Positions 10,039 through 19,582 of a stretch of 64,000 nucleotides of DNA are shown here, piece after piece (the first letter of the stretch is position 1; the number at the start of each line of letters is the position of its first letter). The notes beneath the pieces were generated by a model, which saw only the letters and a list, made by a program, of their open reading frames with translations, was not told where the DNA came from and searched no databases. The translations under genes and the position numbers were made by a program. This DNA comes from an uncultured Candidatus Rokubacteria bacterium. GTDB taxonomy: Bacteria; Methylomirabilota; Methylomirabilia; Rokubacteriales; DASRDR01. Location: positions 800,001 to 864,000 of the forward strand of contig CAWGVS010000006.1 in assembly GCA_963826115.1 (NCBI GenBank), given 5' to 3'.

Positions 10039-11079
10039 TCAGCCGAGCTGACGAGCGCAGGCTCGCCACCGCTCCGCGTCCTCCGGATCCAGCGGTGTGA
10101 CGCGTTCAGCTGTCGTGATCGCGACGAGCCGCTCGTCGGAGCAGCGCTCCACCCGGAGGGTGAACCACATGAGCCCGTGCGCGCGCGGGGGGACGTCGGC
10201 CTGGATCGGCTCCGGGACGATCGCGCACTCGGCCGAGATCCGGAGCCGCTCGTTGGCGCGCGCGTTGCTGAACAGGCCGATGTGCCGTCTGAGCGTGCCG
10301 CGCCGGTCCGCGAAGGAGGGCGGGAAGCCGCCCGGCAGGAGGGTGGCGAGCGCGCGCCGCTCGGCGACGTGGAAGAAGGCGGGGAAGCTACCGAAGTACA
10401 CGAGTCCTGCCGCGTTCACGTCCCGGTCGGGGTCGATGGAGACCTCGGCGGTGGCCGTCGCGAGCGACGAGGGCCGCGCGCCCGCGGGCGGCTCGAAGAA
10501 CCGGCCGGTCTCCCGCGCCCGGCGGTTCCGCTCGTAGCCCGAGGGCATGTCCCGCAGCTCCGGGATTCCCGAGAGGTCGACGTTGGCCGGCTGGCCCATC
10601 CGGAGCTGATCGGGGCCCGCCTCGCGGGTGATGAAGATGTTCGACAGCCGGACGAGAGGAATGCCCGCCCGGAGGAAACATTCGCGCGACGCCTCGGCGG
10701 GCACACCCCACGACTCGGCCCGCGGGTCGTCGGCCCGGTAGAGCGCGAAGTCTCCGTCGAGGATGTTGCGGCCGAAGACCCCGAGGCCGCCCACCCAGAC
10801 GACGCGGTCGTTCTCGCGGAAGGCGTGAGGGGGCGCCGACGGCGGGAACTCGATGTCGACGTGATAGAACGTGGCGTACAGCCGGCGGCCCTGATGGTCG
10901 GCCACCAGGCGGGTCGGGACTCCCGTGAGCCGCTCGAACGACTGCCAGCGCAGGTGACCGAGGTGCTTGAGCATCTCGGACTCGCCCAGCCCGTGCGGGC
11001 CGAGATGCGGCATGCCCAGGTCGAGCTCGCTGCGTACCACTACCGGGGCGGCGTCTTGCGACGTCGGGGGGCCGGCCAC
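10039..11079 (-). CDS. LnmK / Pnap_2097-like double hot-dog protein (acyltransferase/decarboxylase family)
   Basis: LGMPHLGPHGLGESEMLKHLGHLRW...DHQGRRLYATF and DPDRDVNAAGLVYFGSF resemble the LnmK-family N- and C-terminal motifs. It sits next to an ACP. Start uncertain (11079 or 11115). Confidence 0.7.
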   Translation of the reverse strand: MAGPPTSQDAAPVVVRSELDLGMPHLGPHGLGESEMLKHLGHLRWQSFERLTGVPTRLVADHQGRRLYATFYHVDIEFPPSAPPHAFRENDRVVWVGGLGVFGRNILDGDFALYRADDPRAESWGVPAEASRECFLRAGIPLVRLSNIFITREAGPDQLRMGQPANVDLSGIPELRDMPSGYERNRRARETGRFFEPPAGARPSSLATATAEVSIDPDRDVNAAGLVYFGSFPAFFHVAERRALATLLPGGFPPSFADRRGTLRRHIGLFSNARANERLRISAECAIVPEPIQADVPPRAHGLMWFTLRVERCSDERLVAITTAERVTPLDPEDAERWRACARQLG

Positions 11080-11139
11080 GGGGCGATGATAGACAGGCAC
11101 GGCCCCGGGTGGCAAGAACGAGCTGTCTCGGCGGCGCCC

Positions 11140-11643
11140 CTATGCGCCCCGGCTCCAGGGCAGGGTTCGACGGGCGAACTCGCCGCTGCCGGTGAGGAGA
11201 AGGAAGACGTGGGAGCCGAGACAGAACCGGCCGAAGATCAGCGCCACGAGTGCCACGAGCAGCATCGCCTCGAAGATCCACGCCAGGACGGTCCACCCGG
11301 CGAGCAGCGACGCGCCGATGATCAGGGCGAAGGACGCCGCGATCCCCTGGGAGAATCGCCGGGGGGCGGGGGCCGGCGCGAGGGGCGGAAGCCCCTTCCG
11401 GGCCCCGGCGAGGGCGTCGTACAGCCGGTCGAACGGGTTCAGCGACGGCACGGCCACGTTCCACCAGAGGATGGCCGACAGGGCCAGGAAGAGCCACGGC
11501 GCCTGGAGCAGCACGCCGACCAGCGCGAGCACGCCGATCACGCGCGGCTGGAACATCAACGCGGGGTACTGGAAGTCGCACGTCCGGGCGTTCGCGTCCC
11601 GGAAGCCTTGCTGCCTGACGAAGTTGACCTCGGCCTCCGACAT
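11140..11643 (-). CDS. DUF4395-like membrane protein
   Basis: Four hydrophobic segments with NPFD, PRRFSQ and FCLG motifs. Confidence 0.7.
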   Translation of the reverse strand: MSEAEVNFVRQQGFRDANARTCDFQYPALMFQPRVIGVLALVGVLLQAPWLFLALSAILWWNVAVPSLNPFDRLYDALAGARKGLPPLAPAPAPRRFSQGIAASFALIIGASLLAGWTVLAWIFEAMLLVALVALIFGRFCLGSHVFLLLTGSGEFARRTLPWSRGA

Positions 11644-11767
11644 GCTGCACCTCCCGGGTCCTCTCGCTCGCGCGAGGCGGGGGGATACGGTCAGAGGCCG
11701 CGCGCGGGCACTCGCCAGGCTGGATCCACGCGCCGGGCGCGGGGCGAACCCCGCGGAGGGCGCGCCG

Positions 11768-12871
11768 CTAGTCGAGCCAGTCGCGCTCCTTGAGCTTCCG
11801 GGGCAGGTACGTCTTGGTCAGGTAGCGGAAGTCCTTGTTGGCGAGGGCGTCGAGCTCGTACTTGAGCCCGCTCGCGAGCATGCGCTTGATCTCTTCCTGC
11901 CAGGGCTTCTTCTGGAACCAGCGGTAGCGGAGCAGCTCCTTGGCGCGGCCGATGTCCTTGTCGTTGAGCTTGATGCCGACGTTCCGGGGGAGCCCGTAGG
12001 CGTCGGGATCGGCGCTCGACAGGCCGATGAACTTCGCCTTGGGGATGGCCATCCGCTCGCTCTCGAACGCGAGATTGATCGAGCCCTGCTTGACCACCGA
12101 GTAGGTGTAGTACCCCCAGGGGTCGTTGTCGACGAGGACGTAGACGGGCAGCTTGTGCTCCTCGTGAAGGCGGCGCGCCAGGCGTCGGACCCCGCGGGGC
12201 GGCTGGCCGTTACCGGTCAGGAGCACGCAGTTGTAGCGGCGCCAGAACTTGTCCTCGGAGAGCCGGTTCCACTGGGTGCCCTTCTCGATGAGCAGGACGA
12301 AGTCGGCCGTGCAGCGCCGGATCTGGATGAAGTCCGGCTCGACGATCGAGGGCACCGAGTAGCCGCCCTTGCCCAGGCGGGCACAGTCGACGCGGTCGCC
12401 GTCGTCGGTGAGCACGAGCGGCCCGACGATGCTGCCGCGGTTCTCGGCTCGCACGTGGAGCTCCTCGCGGAGCGCCTCGAGCGTGACCTCGAGGTCCTCG
12501 ATCAGCGGATCGGACTCGTTCTGGGCGTCGAACGTGTTCTCGTGCGAGCCCTTCATCGTGTGCTTGCTGCGGTAGTAGATCTCGCGCAGCGACGTCGTGA
12601 GGTCCGACCGCTGCAGCTCGACCAGAGCGTCCGCCACCAGCACGGTCTGCATGAACTTCTTGGCCATGCCGACGTTGAAGAAGGTGCGCTCCTGCTTCTT
12701 CCGCCCCATCTCGATGATGCCGTGCTTCTCGTTGAAGCTGACGTTGGCGAGGCTGCGGATGGGGATGTTGAGCGCCGGGTCCCGGTTCCGCTCGGCGGCG
12801 TGGATCACCAGGTCCGCGATGCTGACGAGCTTCTTCTCGACGATGACCGTGGTCTTCGCCTTCGCCGCCAT
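11768..12871 (-). CDS. top6A: DNA topoisomerase VI subunit A
   Basis: SLREIYY (catalytic Tyr), FDAQNESD..IEDLE, Toprim IEKG and DNDPWG, KYELDAL. Confidence 0.95.
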   Translation of the reverse strand: MAAKAKTTVIVEKKLVSIADLVIHAAERNRDPALNIPIRSLANVSFNEKHGIIEMGRKKQERTFFNVGMAKKFMQTVLVADALVELQRSDLTTSLREIYYRSKHTMKGSHENTFDAQNESDPLIEDLEVTLEALREELHVRAENRGSIVGPLVLTDDGDRVDCARLGKGGYSVPSIVEPDFIQIRRCTADFVLLIEKGTQWNRLSEDKFWRRYNCVLLTGNGQPPRGVRRLARRLHEEHKLPVYVLVDNDPWGYYTYSVVKQGSINLAFESERMAIPKAKFIGLSSADPDAYGLPRNVGIKLNDKDIGRAKELLRYRWFQKKPWQEEIKRMLASGLKYELDALANKDFRYLTKTYLPRKLKERDWLD

Positions 12872-12880
12872 GGGGCTCGT

Positions 12881-14854
12881 CTACCTCGCCTTCGCCTTCG
12901 CTTTGGCCGCGCCGCGGGTCGGGGCGGCCTTGGCCGGGGCCGCCTTGTCCGGCGGCGCCGGCGCCGCCTTCTTCCGCCGGCGCGGCGGGCCGCCGTTCGC
13001 GTGGGGCCCGGTGCCGTCGGACGTGACCGGCTCGACCGGCTCGCCGTCGCCGGCGCCGCCCGCCGGGAGCGCCGGCGCGTCGCCCTCGGTCCCCTCGGCG
13101 GTGACGATGATCGAGTGGGGGAGCCCCTCGGGGCCGCTGTCGTGGCCCAGGATCTCGTTGGTCCGCGCGCCGCCCGTCCGCTTCACGGCGATCTTCAGGA
13201 GCTGGTCCTTGAGCCGCTGCTTGGGGAGTCGGGCGCCTTTCAGCCGGGCGCACGCCTCCACGACCTCCTCGATGTAGAGCTCGAAGATGTTGCGGCGGCG
13301 GAACTCGCTCTTGGCCCGCTCGCGACGGCGGAGGAACACGCCGAGCCGGCGCCCGCACTCCTGGAGCGCGAGCTTGATCTCCTTCCGGATCTCGTCGTAG
13401 TCGGCGATCGCTTCCTTGGACTCGCTGGTGAACGGCACCCAGACCGAGGCCATGTGGACGAACACCACCATCGGGCCGGCGGGGAGGGCGCCGCGCGACT
13501 GGGCGATGCCGTAGTTCTTCCAGGCGGTCTCGAGCACGGCCTTGAAGGTCGCGCAGGCGGACTGCTGATAGAGGAGCGGCACGCGGTTCGCGTAGCGGAT
13601 GACCCGGGCGAGCTCGCTGTCGTGCTCCCGATCCTCGCCCTCGGCCAGCGGCCCGTCGGGGGCGTCCGCGGCCGGCGCCGCCTGGTCCGGGCCCTTCCCG
13701 AAGGCGAGCCCGGCCTCGATCACGAACGGGTTCCCGCGGTACACCGCCGTCGGCCGGGTGACCGCGGTGTAGAACTCGCCCTTGATCTGCTGGTAGAGGC
13801 CGTGGAGGATCGCCTTCTCGCCGATGGGCGAGAGGCAGTTCGACGGCGGCGCCATGATCTTGGTCGCCTGGATGGCCTTGTAGAGGACCTCGGCGTCCTC
13901 GCCGTGGACGTTGCGCGGCTTGGCGTTCGGCGAGAGCTTCGCCGTCCCGCAGATCTCCTGGGCGAGGGCGGGGGAGACGCGGCTGAAGTCGCTCGCCAGG
14001 AAACCCGCGAGCGAATGGCTCTTCGTATCCTGGAGCATCCGCAGGAGGATGCCGAACTCGATGCCGTAGGGGTGCGGCTTGATCTCCTTCGGCTGGGGCG
14101 GCAGCTCCTGGATCGTCCGCCGGTACTCCCGCGTCTGGCCCTCGGGCGTCTGGTAGACGAGGTTGACGTGCGGGTTCGCGATCGCCGTCTCGGCCAGGTA
14201 CTCGTCGATCGAGGCGCGACCCTTCTGGTAGCGGCCCTCGATCTCGAGCGTCACCTGGGTGCCGCGCGGGATCTCCCACTGGATCTTCTTGCTCTCGAAG
14301 ATCCGCGGCTCGTTCTTCTTGGTGTCGATCTGCACCTCGAAGTAGTGGGCGGGGGCGCGGGGGCTCGTCCGCGACGTGATCTGGACCGGCTTGCCCGTCG
14401 TCAGCTGCGCGTACATGCCGGCCGCGGAGATCCCGATGCCCTGCTGGCCGCGGCTCATCCGGAGCCGGTGGAACTTGGACCCGTAGAGGAGCTTCGCGAA
14501 GATCGGCGGAATCTGCTGCCGGACGATGCCGGGGCCGTTGTCGACGACGGTGACCCGGAAGCGCGTCGCCTGGCTGGCCGGCGGCGGGGGCGACCCGTTG
14601 CTCGGCACGACCTCGATCGTCACGGTGACGTCGGGCAGGATGCCGGCCTCCTCGGCCGCGTCGAGGGCGTTGTCGACGGCCTCCTTGACGCAGGTGAGGA
14701 GCGCTTTCCGCGGGCTGTCGAAGCCGAGGAGGTGCCGGTTCTTCGTGAAGAACTCGGAGACCGAGATCTCCCGCTGGCGGGCGCCCATCTCGGCGGCGGA
14801 GGGAGCGGTCTTCGGGGGGGACGGGCGGGGCTCGACCTCCACGGCGGCAGCCAT
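12881..14854 (-). CDS. top6B: DNA topoisomerase VI subunit B
   Basis: ISVSEFF, KEAVDNALDA, DNGPG, LLYGSKF, SRGQQGIGIS (GHKL), KPHP, RYANRVPL, VPFTSESKEAI. AG-rich RBS before ATG 14854. Confidence 0.95.
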   Translation of the reverse strand: MAAAVEVEPRPSPPKTAPSAAEMGARQREISVSEFFTKNRHLLGFDSPRKALLTCVKEAVDNALDAAEEAGILPDVTVTIEVVPSNGSPPPPASQATRFRVTVVDNGPGIVRQQIPPIFAKLLYGSKFHRLRMSRGQQGIGISAAGMYAQLTTGKPVQITSRTSPRAPAHYFEVQIDTKKNEPRIFESKKIQWEIPRGTQVTLEIEGRYQKGRASIDEYLAETAIANPHVNLVYQTPEGQTREYRRTIQELPPQPKEIKPHPYGIEFGILLRMLQDTKSHSLAGFLASDFSRVSPALAQEICGTAKLSPNAKPRNVHGEDAEVLYKAIQATKIMAPPSNCLSPIGEKAILHGLYQQIKGEFYTAVTRPTAVYRGNPFVIEAGLAFGKGPDQAAPAADAPDGPLAEGEDREHDSELARVIRYANRVPLLYQQSACATFKAVLETAWKNYGIAQSRGALPAGPMVVFVHMASVWVPFTSESKEAIADYDEIRKEIKLALQECGRRLGVFLRRRERAKSEFRRRNIFELYIEEVVEACARLKGARLPKQRLKDQLLKIAVKRTGGARTNEILGHDSGPEGLPHSIIVTAEGTEGDAPALPAGGAGDGEPVEPVTSDGTGPHANGGPPRRRKKAAPAPPDKAAPAKAAPTRGAAKAKAKAR

Positions 14855-15141
14855 CTCCCTCTCTGATATCAAATCCGCGGCCCGGAGTCGCGGTTAATCC
14901 TCACCGGCCGAAGGGCTGACCCGTGGCGGACGTGGGATTCGGGCTCGCCTGCGCACGCGCCTGGCGACGACGGACCGCTGTGAAAGGGATGGTCCGGAGG
15001 CGCTTGAGAACCGACCTCGCCGCGTGCGAGGCTTGCTGGCGTGACCTGGCGAACCCCCTCGAGCGATCCACCGCGCGAGCCTCGCGACGCCCGATCGGCG
15101 TCGCGTGGATCGTGCTCGACACCAGCGCGGGCCAGGTGGTG

Positions 15142-15831
15142 GTGAGCGCGACCCGTCCCCGGGTTCACGAGTCGTCCGATGGCATCGAGGTGGAGACCGG
15201 GCTGTCGCCCGCGACGTCGGTGGTCTGGCTTCACGGTCTCGGCGCGGACGGCTCCGACTTCGTCCCGCTGGTGCCGGCTCTCGGTCTCCGGACGCCTGTC
15301 CGCTTCGTGTTCCCGCACGCCCCGAAAAGAGCGGTGACGATCAACTCCGGCATGGTGATGCGGGCCTGGTACGACGTGCTCGCGCTCGAGGGCCCGCAAC
15401 GCGAGGACGAGGTGGGCATCCGCGAGTCAGCGCGCCTGGTCGAGGGGCTGATCGCCGCCGAAGTGGCGCGCGGCGTGGCGCCGGCGCGCGTGATCCTGGC
15501 GGGCTTCTCCCAGGGCGGCGCCATGACGCTCCACGTGGGGCTGCGACACCCCGTGCGCCTCGGGGGCCTGCTCGTGCTTTCGGCCTATCTCCCGCTCGCC
15601 GGGACGATCGCGGGGGAGGTCAGCGCCGCGGGGCGCGGGACGCCCGTGTTCATCGGCCACGGGACCGCGGATCCACTGATCCCTCCCGCGCGGGCGAGGT
15701 CGGCGCGGGACGCCGTCGAGGCGCTCGGCTGCCCGGTCGAATACCACGAGTACCCGATCGCCCACACCGTCTCCGACGCCGAGGTTCGCGATCTTGCCGC
15801 CTGGCTCGGGCGGCGCGTCTCCGCCGCCTGA
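15142..15831 (+). CDS. Phospholipase/carboxylesterase (alpha/beta hydrolase)
   Basis: WLHGLGADG, FPHAP, MRAWYD, GFSQGG, HGTADP, HTV. Start uncertain. Confidence 0.9.
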   Translation: MSATRPRVHESSDGIEVETGLSPATSVVWLHGLGADGSDFVPLVPALGLRTPVRFVFPHAPKRAVTINSGMVMRAWYDVLALEGPQREDEVGIRESARLVEGLIAAEVARGVAPARVILAGFSQGGAMTLHVGLRHPVRLGGLLVLSAYLPLAGTIAGEVSAAGRGTPVFIGHGTADPLIPPARARSARDAVEALGCPVEYHEYPIAHTVSDAEVRDLAAWLGRRVSAA

Positions 15832-15931
15832 ACGAGCTTCACCGGGCTCGCCCGGCTCACGGCCGCTTCCGAAATTTGGGTTCCATCGCCCGTGAAACAT
15901 CCGCTCGCCGGTCCGAGCTACGCTGGGGTCC

Positions 15932-16636
15932 ATGACGGAAGCCAACATCGCGTTCGTGGCGCGACTCCTGGCCGATCCGACCCGCGCGGCCATGTGCCTC
16001 GCCCTGGCCGGCGGCGAGGCCCGGCCGGCCGGCGAGCTGGCCGCCCGCGCCGGCGTCTCCGCGCAGGCGGCGAGCAATCACCTCGCCCGGCTCGTCGGCG
16101 GCCGCATCCTGCGCGTCGAGCAGCAGGGCCGCTGGCGCTACTACCGCCTGGCCGGTCCCGACGTGGGCCACGCCGTGGAGGCGCTGGCCGTCGTCGCGCC
16201 GCCGCTCCCCGAGCCGCGGGCCGGCGACGGCCTGAGCGCGGAGACGCGGCGGATCCGGGAGGCGCGCACGTGTTACAGCCACCTCGCGGGGCGGCTCGGC
16301 GTCGCGCTGGCCGCGGCGCTGCTCGCCGCCCGGTGGCTCGAGGAGGAGGCGGAAGGGCGGAGCTACCGCGTCACCCCGGCGGGCGCGCGCTCGCTCCGCG
16401 CGCTCGGGATCGAGGTGCGGGGACGCGCGGCGCAGCCCGCGGCGCGTCGGTGCCTCGACTGGACCGAGCGCCGGCCGCACCTCGGCGGCCCGGTGGGCAC
16501 GGGGCTGGCGAGTGTCGCGCTCGACCGGGGCTGGGTGCGGCGCGTGCGCGGCTCGCGCGCGGTCGTCGTCACCCCGGCGGGACGGACGCAGCTCGAGAAG
16601 GTCTTCAACCTGCGATGGAAGGAGGGCTCGCTATGA
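15932..16636 (+). CDS. ArsR-family transcriptional regulator
   Basis: LADPTRAAM, GELA, ASNHLARL, QGRWRYY, ARTCYSHLAG, CLDWTERRPHL. Confidence 0.9.
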   Translation: MTEANIAFVARLLADPTRAAMCLALAGGEARPAGELAARAGVSAQAASNHLARLVGGRILRVEQQGRWRYYRLAGPDVGHAVEALAVVAPPLPEPRAGDGLSAETRRIREARTCYSHLAGRLGVALAAALLAARWLEEEAEGRSYRVTPAGARSLRALGIEVRGRAAQPAARRCLDWTERRPHLGGPVGTGLASVALDRGWVRRVRGSRAVVVTPAGRTQLEKVFNLRWKEGSL

Positions 16637-16938
16637 TCACGCTGAGCATCCGCTACACGATCGACGCGCGGAAGCGCGCCGAGTTCGAGGAATACGCCCG
16701 GTCGCTCGCGCCCATCATCCCGCGCTGCGGCGGCCAGATCGTCGGCTACTGGCTGCCGACCAGGTTCGCCGGCCCGACCAACGCGGCGCTGGCCCTGATC
16801 GACTTCCCGAGCCTCGCGGCCTACGAGCAGTACCGGGAGCGGCTCGCCAAGGACCACGACAACGTGGCGAGCGTCAGGCGGGCCGAGGAGAGCGGCTGCA
16901 TCCTGGTCGAGGACCGCGCCTTCCTGGAGCGCGTCTAG
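16633..16938 (+). CDS. NIPSNAP family protein
   Basis: MITLSIRYTID..FEEYA..GYWLP..FPSLAAYEQYR. ATGA overlap with the regulator and GGAGG RBS. Confidence 0.85.
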   Translation: MITLSIRYTIDARKRAEFEEYARSLAPIIPRCGGQIVGYWLPTRFAGPTNAALALIDFPSLAAYEQYRERLAKDHDNVASVRRAEESGCILVEDRAFLERV

Positions 16939-16942
16939 CCCC

Positions 16943-18211
16943 GTGTTCCACGGCTGGAAGGTCGTCGGCTGCGCGTTCCTGATCGCGGTGTTCGGCTGGG
17001 GCTTCGGCTTCTACGGGATCGGCGTCTTCATGGCGGAGCTCGTGGAGCGCCACGGCTGGGCCACGCGGTCCGTGGCGTCGGCGGTCACCGTGCTCTACCT
17101 GGTGGGCGCCCTTCTCATCGCCGAGGTGGGGCGCGCGTTCGACCGCTTCGGGCCGCGCCGGGTGGTGCTGGCCGGCGTGGCCGCCATGGGCCTCGGCGCC
17201 GTCGGCCTCACCTGGGTCGCCGCGCCGTGGCAGCTCTATCTGGTCTTCCCGCTCATGGCCGTCGGCTGGGCGGCGATGAGCGGGGCCGCGATCAACATCA
17301 TCGTCGCCCCGTGGTTCGAGCGGCGGCGGGGCCTCGCCATCAGCCTCGCCTTCAACGGGGCCGCCACCGGCGGGATCGTCGTCGCGCCGGCGATCGCCCT
17401 CCTGTCGCAGCGGATCGGGTTCCGCGCCGCGGTGCTGGCCCTGGTGGCCGTGATGGTCGGCGTACTCGCGCCGCTCGTCCTGACGCTCCTCGTGCGCGGC
17501 CCCGAGACGCTGGGGCTCGCGCCGGACGGCGACGCTCCGACGACGCGGGCGGCGGCCGCGCCGGGCGGCCGCGCGCCCGGGCGACGCGCGCTCCTGCGCA
17601 CCTGGCGCTTCTGGTCGGTGGCGGTGCCGTTCGCCCTCGGGCTGACCGCGCAGATCAGCATCATCATCCACCAGGTGTCGTTCCTCCGGCCGCGGCTCGG
17701 CGCGGACGGCGCGGCCTGGGCGGTGAGCCTCACGTCCCTCTGCGCGGTGCTGGGCCGGCTGGTCGTCGGCCTCTTCGTCGACCGCGTGGACCGGCGGGCG
17801 GTGGTCGCCGGCAACTTCCTGGTCCAGGCGACGGCGCTCGCGCTGATGCTCGTGGCGGCCGCGCCGGCCTGGCTCTACGTGGCGTGCGCGCTGTTCGGCC
17901 TCGGCGTGGGCAACACGACCAGCCTGCCGAGCGTGATCGTGCAGGCGGAGTTCCCGGCGGTCGCCTTCGGCCAGGTGGTGAGCACGATCATCGCGATCAA
18001 CCAGCTGACCTACTCGTTCGGACCCGGCGTCCTCGGCTGGCTCCGCGACGCCTCCGGGGGCTACGCCTTGCCGATCGTGGCGTGCCTCTCGCTCCAGCTG
18101 GCCGCGGTCGCCGTCCTGCTGGCGGGGCGCCCGGCCCGGGCGAGCGTCGCGCCGCCCGGTGACCCGATCGCGCCGGGCCCCGCCGGCGCTCAGCGATCCC
18201 TGAGCGTGTAG
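16943..18211 (+). CDS. MFS transporter (OFA-like)
   Basis: About 12 TM helices, DRFGPRR, WFERRRGLA. Confidence 0.9.
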   Translation: MFHGWKVVGCAFLIAVFGWGFGFYGIGVFMAELVERHGWATRSVASAVTVLYLVGALLIAEVGRAFDRFGPRRVVLAGVAAMGLGAVGLTWVAAPWQLYLVFPLMAVGWAAMSGAAINIIVAPWFERRRGLAISLAFNGAATGGIVVAPAIALLSQRIGFRAAVLALVAVMVGVLAPLVLTLLVRGPETLGLAPDGDAPTTRAAAAPGGRAPGRRALLRTWRFWSVAVPFALGLTAQISIIIHQVSFLRPRLGADGAAWAVSLTSLCAVLGRLVVGLFVDRVDRRAVVAGNFLVQATALALMLVAAAPAWLYVACALFGLGVGNTTSLPSVIVQAEFPAVAFGQVVSTIIAINQLTYSFGPGVLGWLRDASGGYALPIVACLSLQLAAVAVLLAGRPARASVAPPGDPIAPGPAGAQRSLSV

Positions 18212-19500
18212 AAGAGGTAGGCGCCGGCCAGGTACGCCCGGCGCAGGAACGGCAGCGGGAACCGCGGGATGCCGGTGCCCGTGACCGGCGTGTCCCGCGG
18301 GACGGGGACGCCCGCCGCCAGGTCGCCCGCGAGCCCGCCGAGATAGGTCGCCATCGCCACGCCGGTGCCGGTGTAGGCGAGCGCGTAGGCGACCGTGGGA
18401 TCGCCGTCGGCCGTCGCGGCGTGCGGGATGTGGTCGTAGGGCATGCACACGGCGCCGTGCCAGAAGTACTCGCTCCCGACGCCGTGCAGGCCGGGGAACA
18501 TGGCGACCATGCGGCCCTCGAGCCAGCGCCGGCGGCGCGCCAGCGCGACCGGCGTGTCGATCACGCCGGCGCGGCCGCCGAACATGAGCCGCCCGTCGGG
18601 CAGGCGGCGCCAGTAGTGGACGAGCGTCCGCGTGTCCGTGTAGACCTCGGTGGTCCGCATCCCGACCTCGTCCCACTCGGCGGCGGTCAGGGGCCGGGTC
18701 ACCAGGATGTTGCTGGTGGCGCGGAGCGTCCGCCCGCGGAAGAAGGGGTGGAGGGTCTCGGGCGTGTAGCCGTTGGTGCCCATGACGACCCGCCGCGCCC
18801 GCACGCGGCCGTGCGGCGTGGCCAGGACGTGCCAGGCCCCGTCCCGGGTCCACTCGAGGACCGGAGAGTCGGGATGGATCGCCGCGCCGCGCCGGTGGGC
18901 GGCGCGCGCCAGGCCGCGCGCGTACTTCAGCGGGTGGAGACCGAACGTCGGCCGGATCCGGAGCCCGCCGTGCGCCGAGGGGCTCTTCGTGTGACCCTCC
19001 TCGGCCAGCTGACGGCGGTCGAGGTACTCGACGTCATGGAAGTCCAGGCGCTCGCGGTAGAGGCGCCGGCGCTCTTGGAGGACCGCCGCCTTGTCGGGCC
19101 GGTGCGCGACGGTGATCCAGCCGTCCGGCTGCGGGTCGCACGGGAGGTCCTCCTTGGCGATCAGCTCGCGGACCCGCTCGCAGGCCTCGATCCCCAGCCG
19201 GACGGCGCGTCGCGCCGTCGGGAGCCCCCAGTGACGCTCGCGGTCCTGGAGGCTCAGCTTGCCGAACGACATCATGGCGAAGCCGCCGTTCCGGCCCGAG
19301 GCTCCCCAGCCGATGGCGCGGGCCTCGAGGACGACGGTGTCGAGGCCGTGGTCGCCGGCGAGGCGGTACGCCGCGGCGAGACCGGTGTAGCCGCCGCCGA
19401 TCACGGCCACGTCGGCGGTGCGGTCGCCGGGAAGCGGCCCGAGCTCCCCGGGCTCCGGCCCGGCCGTTGCGGCCCAGTACGACGGCACGTGGGCGCTCAC
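18190..19500 (-). CDS. FAD-dependent amine/amino-acid oxidoreductase (DadA/PuuB-like)
   Basis: SYWAAT, IGGGYTGL, GASGRNGGF, LHPLKYARGL. GTG start at 19500 lies inside the long ORF 18190..21255. Confidence 0.85.
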   Translation of the reverse strand: MSAHVPSYWAATAGPEPGELGPLPGDRTADVAVIGGGYTGLAAAYRLAGDHGLDTVVLEARAIGWGASGRNGGFAMMSFGKLSLQDRERHWGLPTARRAVRLGIEACERVRELIAKEDLPCDPQPDGWITVAHRPDKAAVLQERRRLYRERLDFHDVEYLDRRQLAEEGHTKSPSAHGGLRIRPTFGLHPLKYARGLARAAHRRGAAIHPDSPVLEWTRDGAWHVLATPHGRVRARRVVMGTNGYTPETLHPFFRGRTLRATSNILVTRPLTAAEWDEVGMRTTEVYTDTRTLVHYWRRLPDGRLMFGGRAGVIDTPVALARRRRWLEGRMVAMFPGLHGVGSEYFWHGAVCMPYDHIPHAATADGDPTVAYALAYTGTGVAMATYLGGLAGDLAAGVPVPRDTPVTGTGIPRFPLPFLRRAYLAGAYLFYTLRDR

Positions 19501-19582
19501 TCGCGGCTCCTTCTCCCCGCGTCCGGGCGAGGCGGCGCCAGGATACGATCGCGCGGCGCGGGACGGCAAGGTGGGTACGCGC

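Noticed and set aside
11192-14866. Very long alternative ORFs (e.g. 11192..14866 +, 6939..10100 +, 46459..48813 +, 50298..52646 +)
   Set aside because: They are antisense or off-frame shadows of clear genes. Stop codons are rare at this GC content and the translations have no recognisable motifs.
14875-15135. Structured ncRNA in the top6B / esterase intergenic region
   Set aside because: It matches no RNA family I recognise, and GC-rich hairpins are expected by chance.
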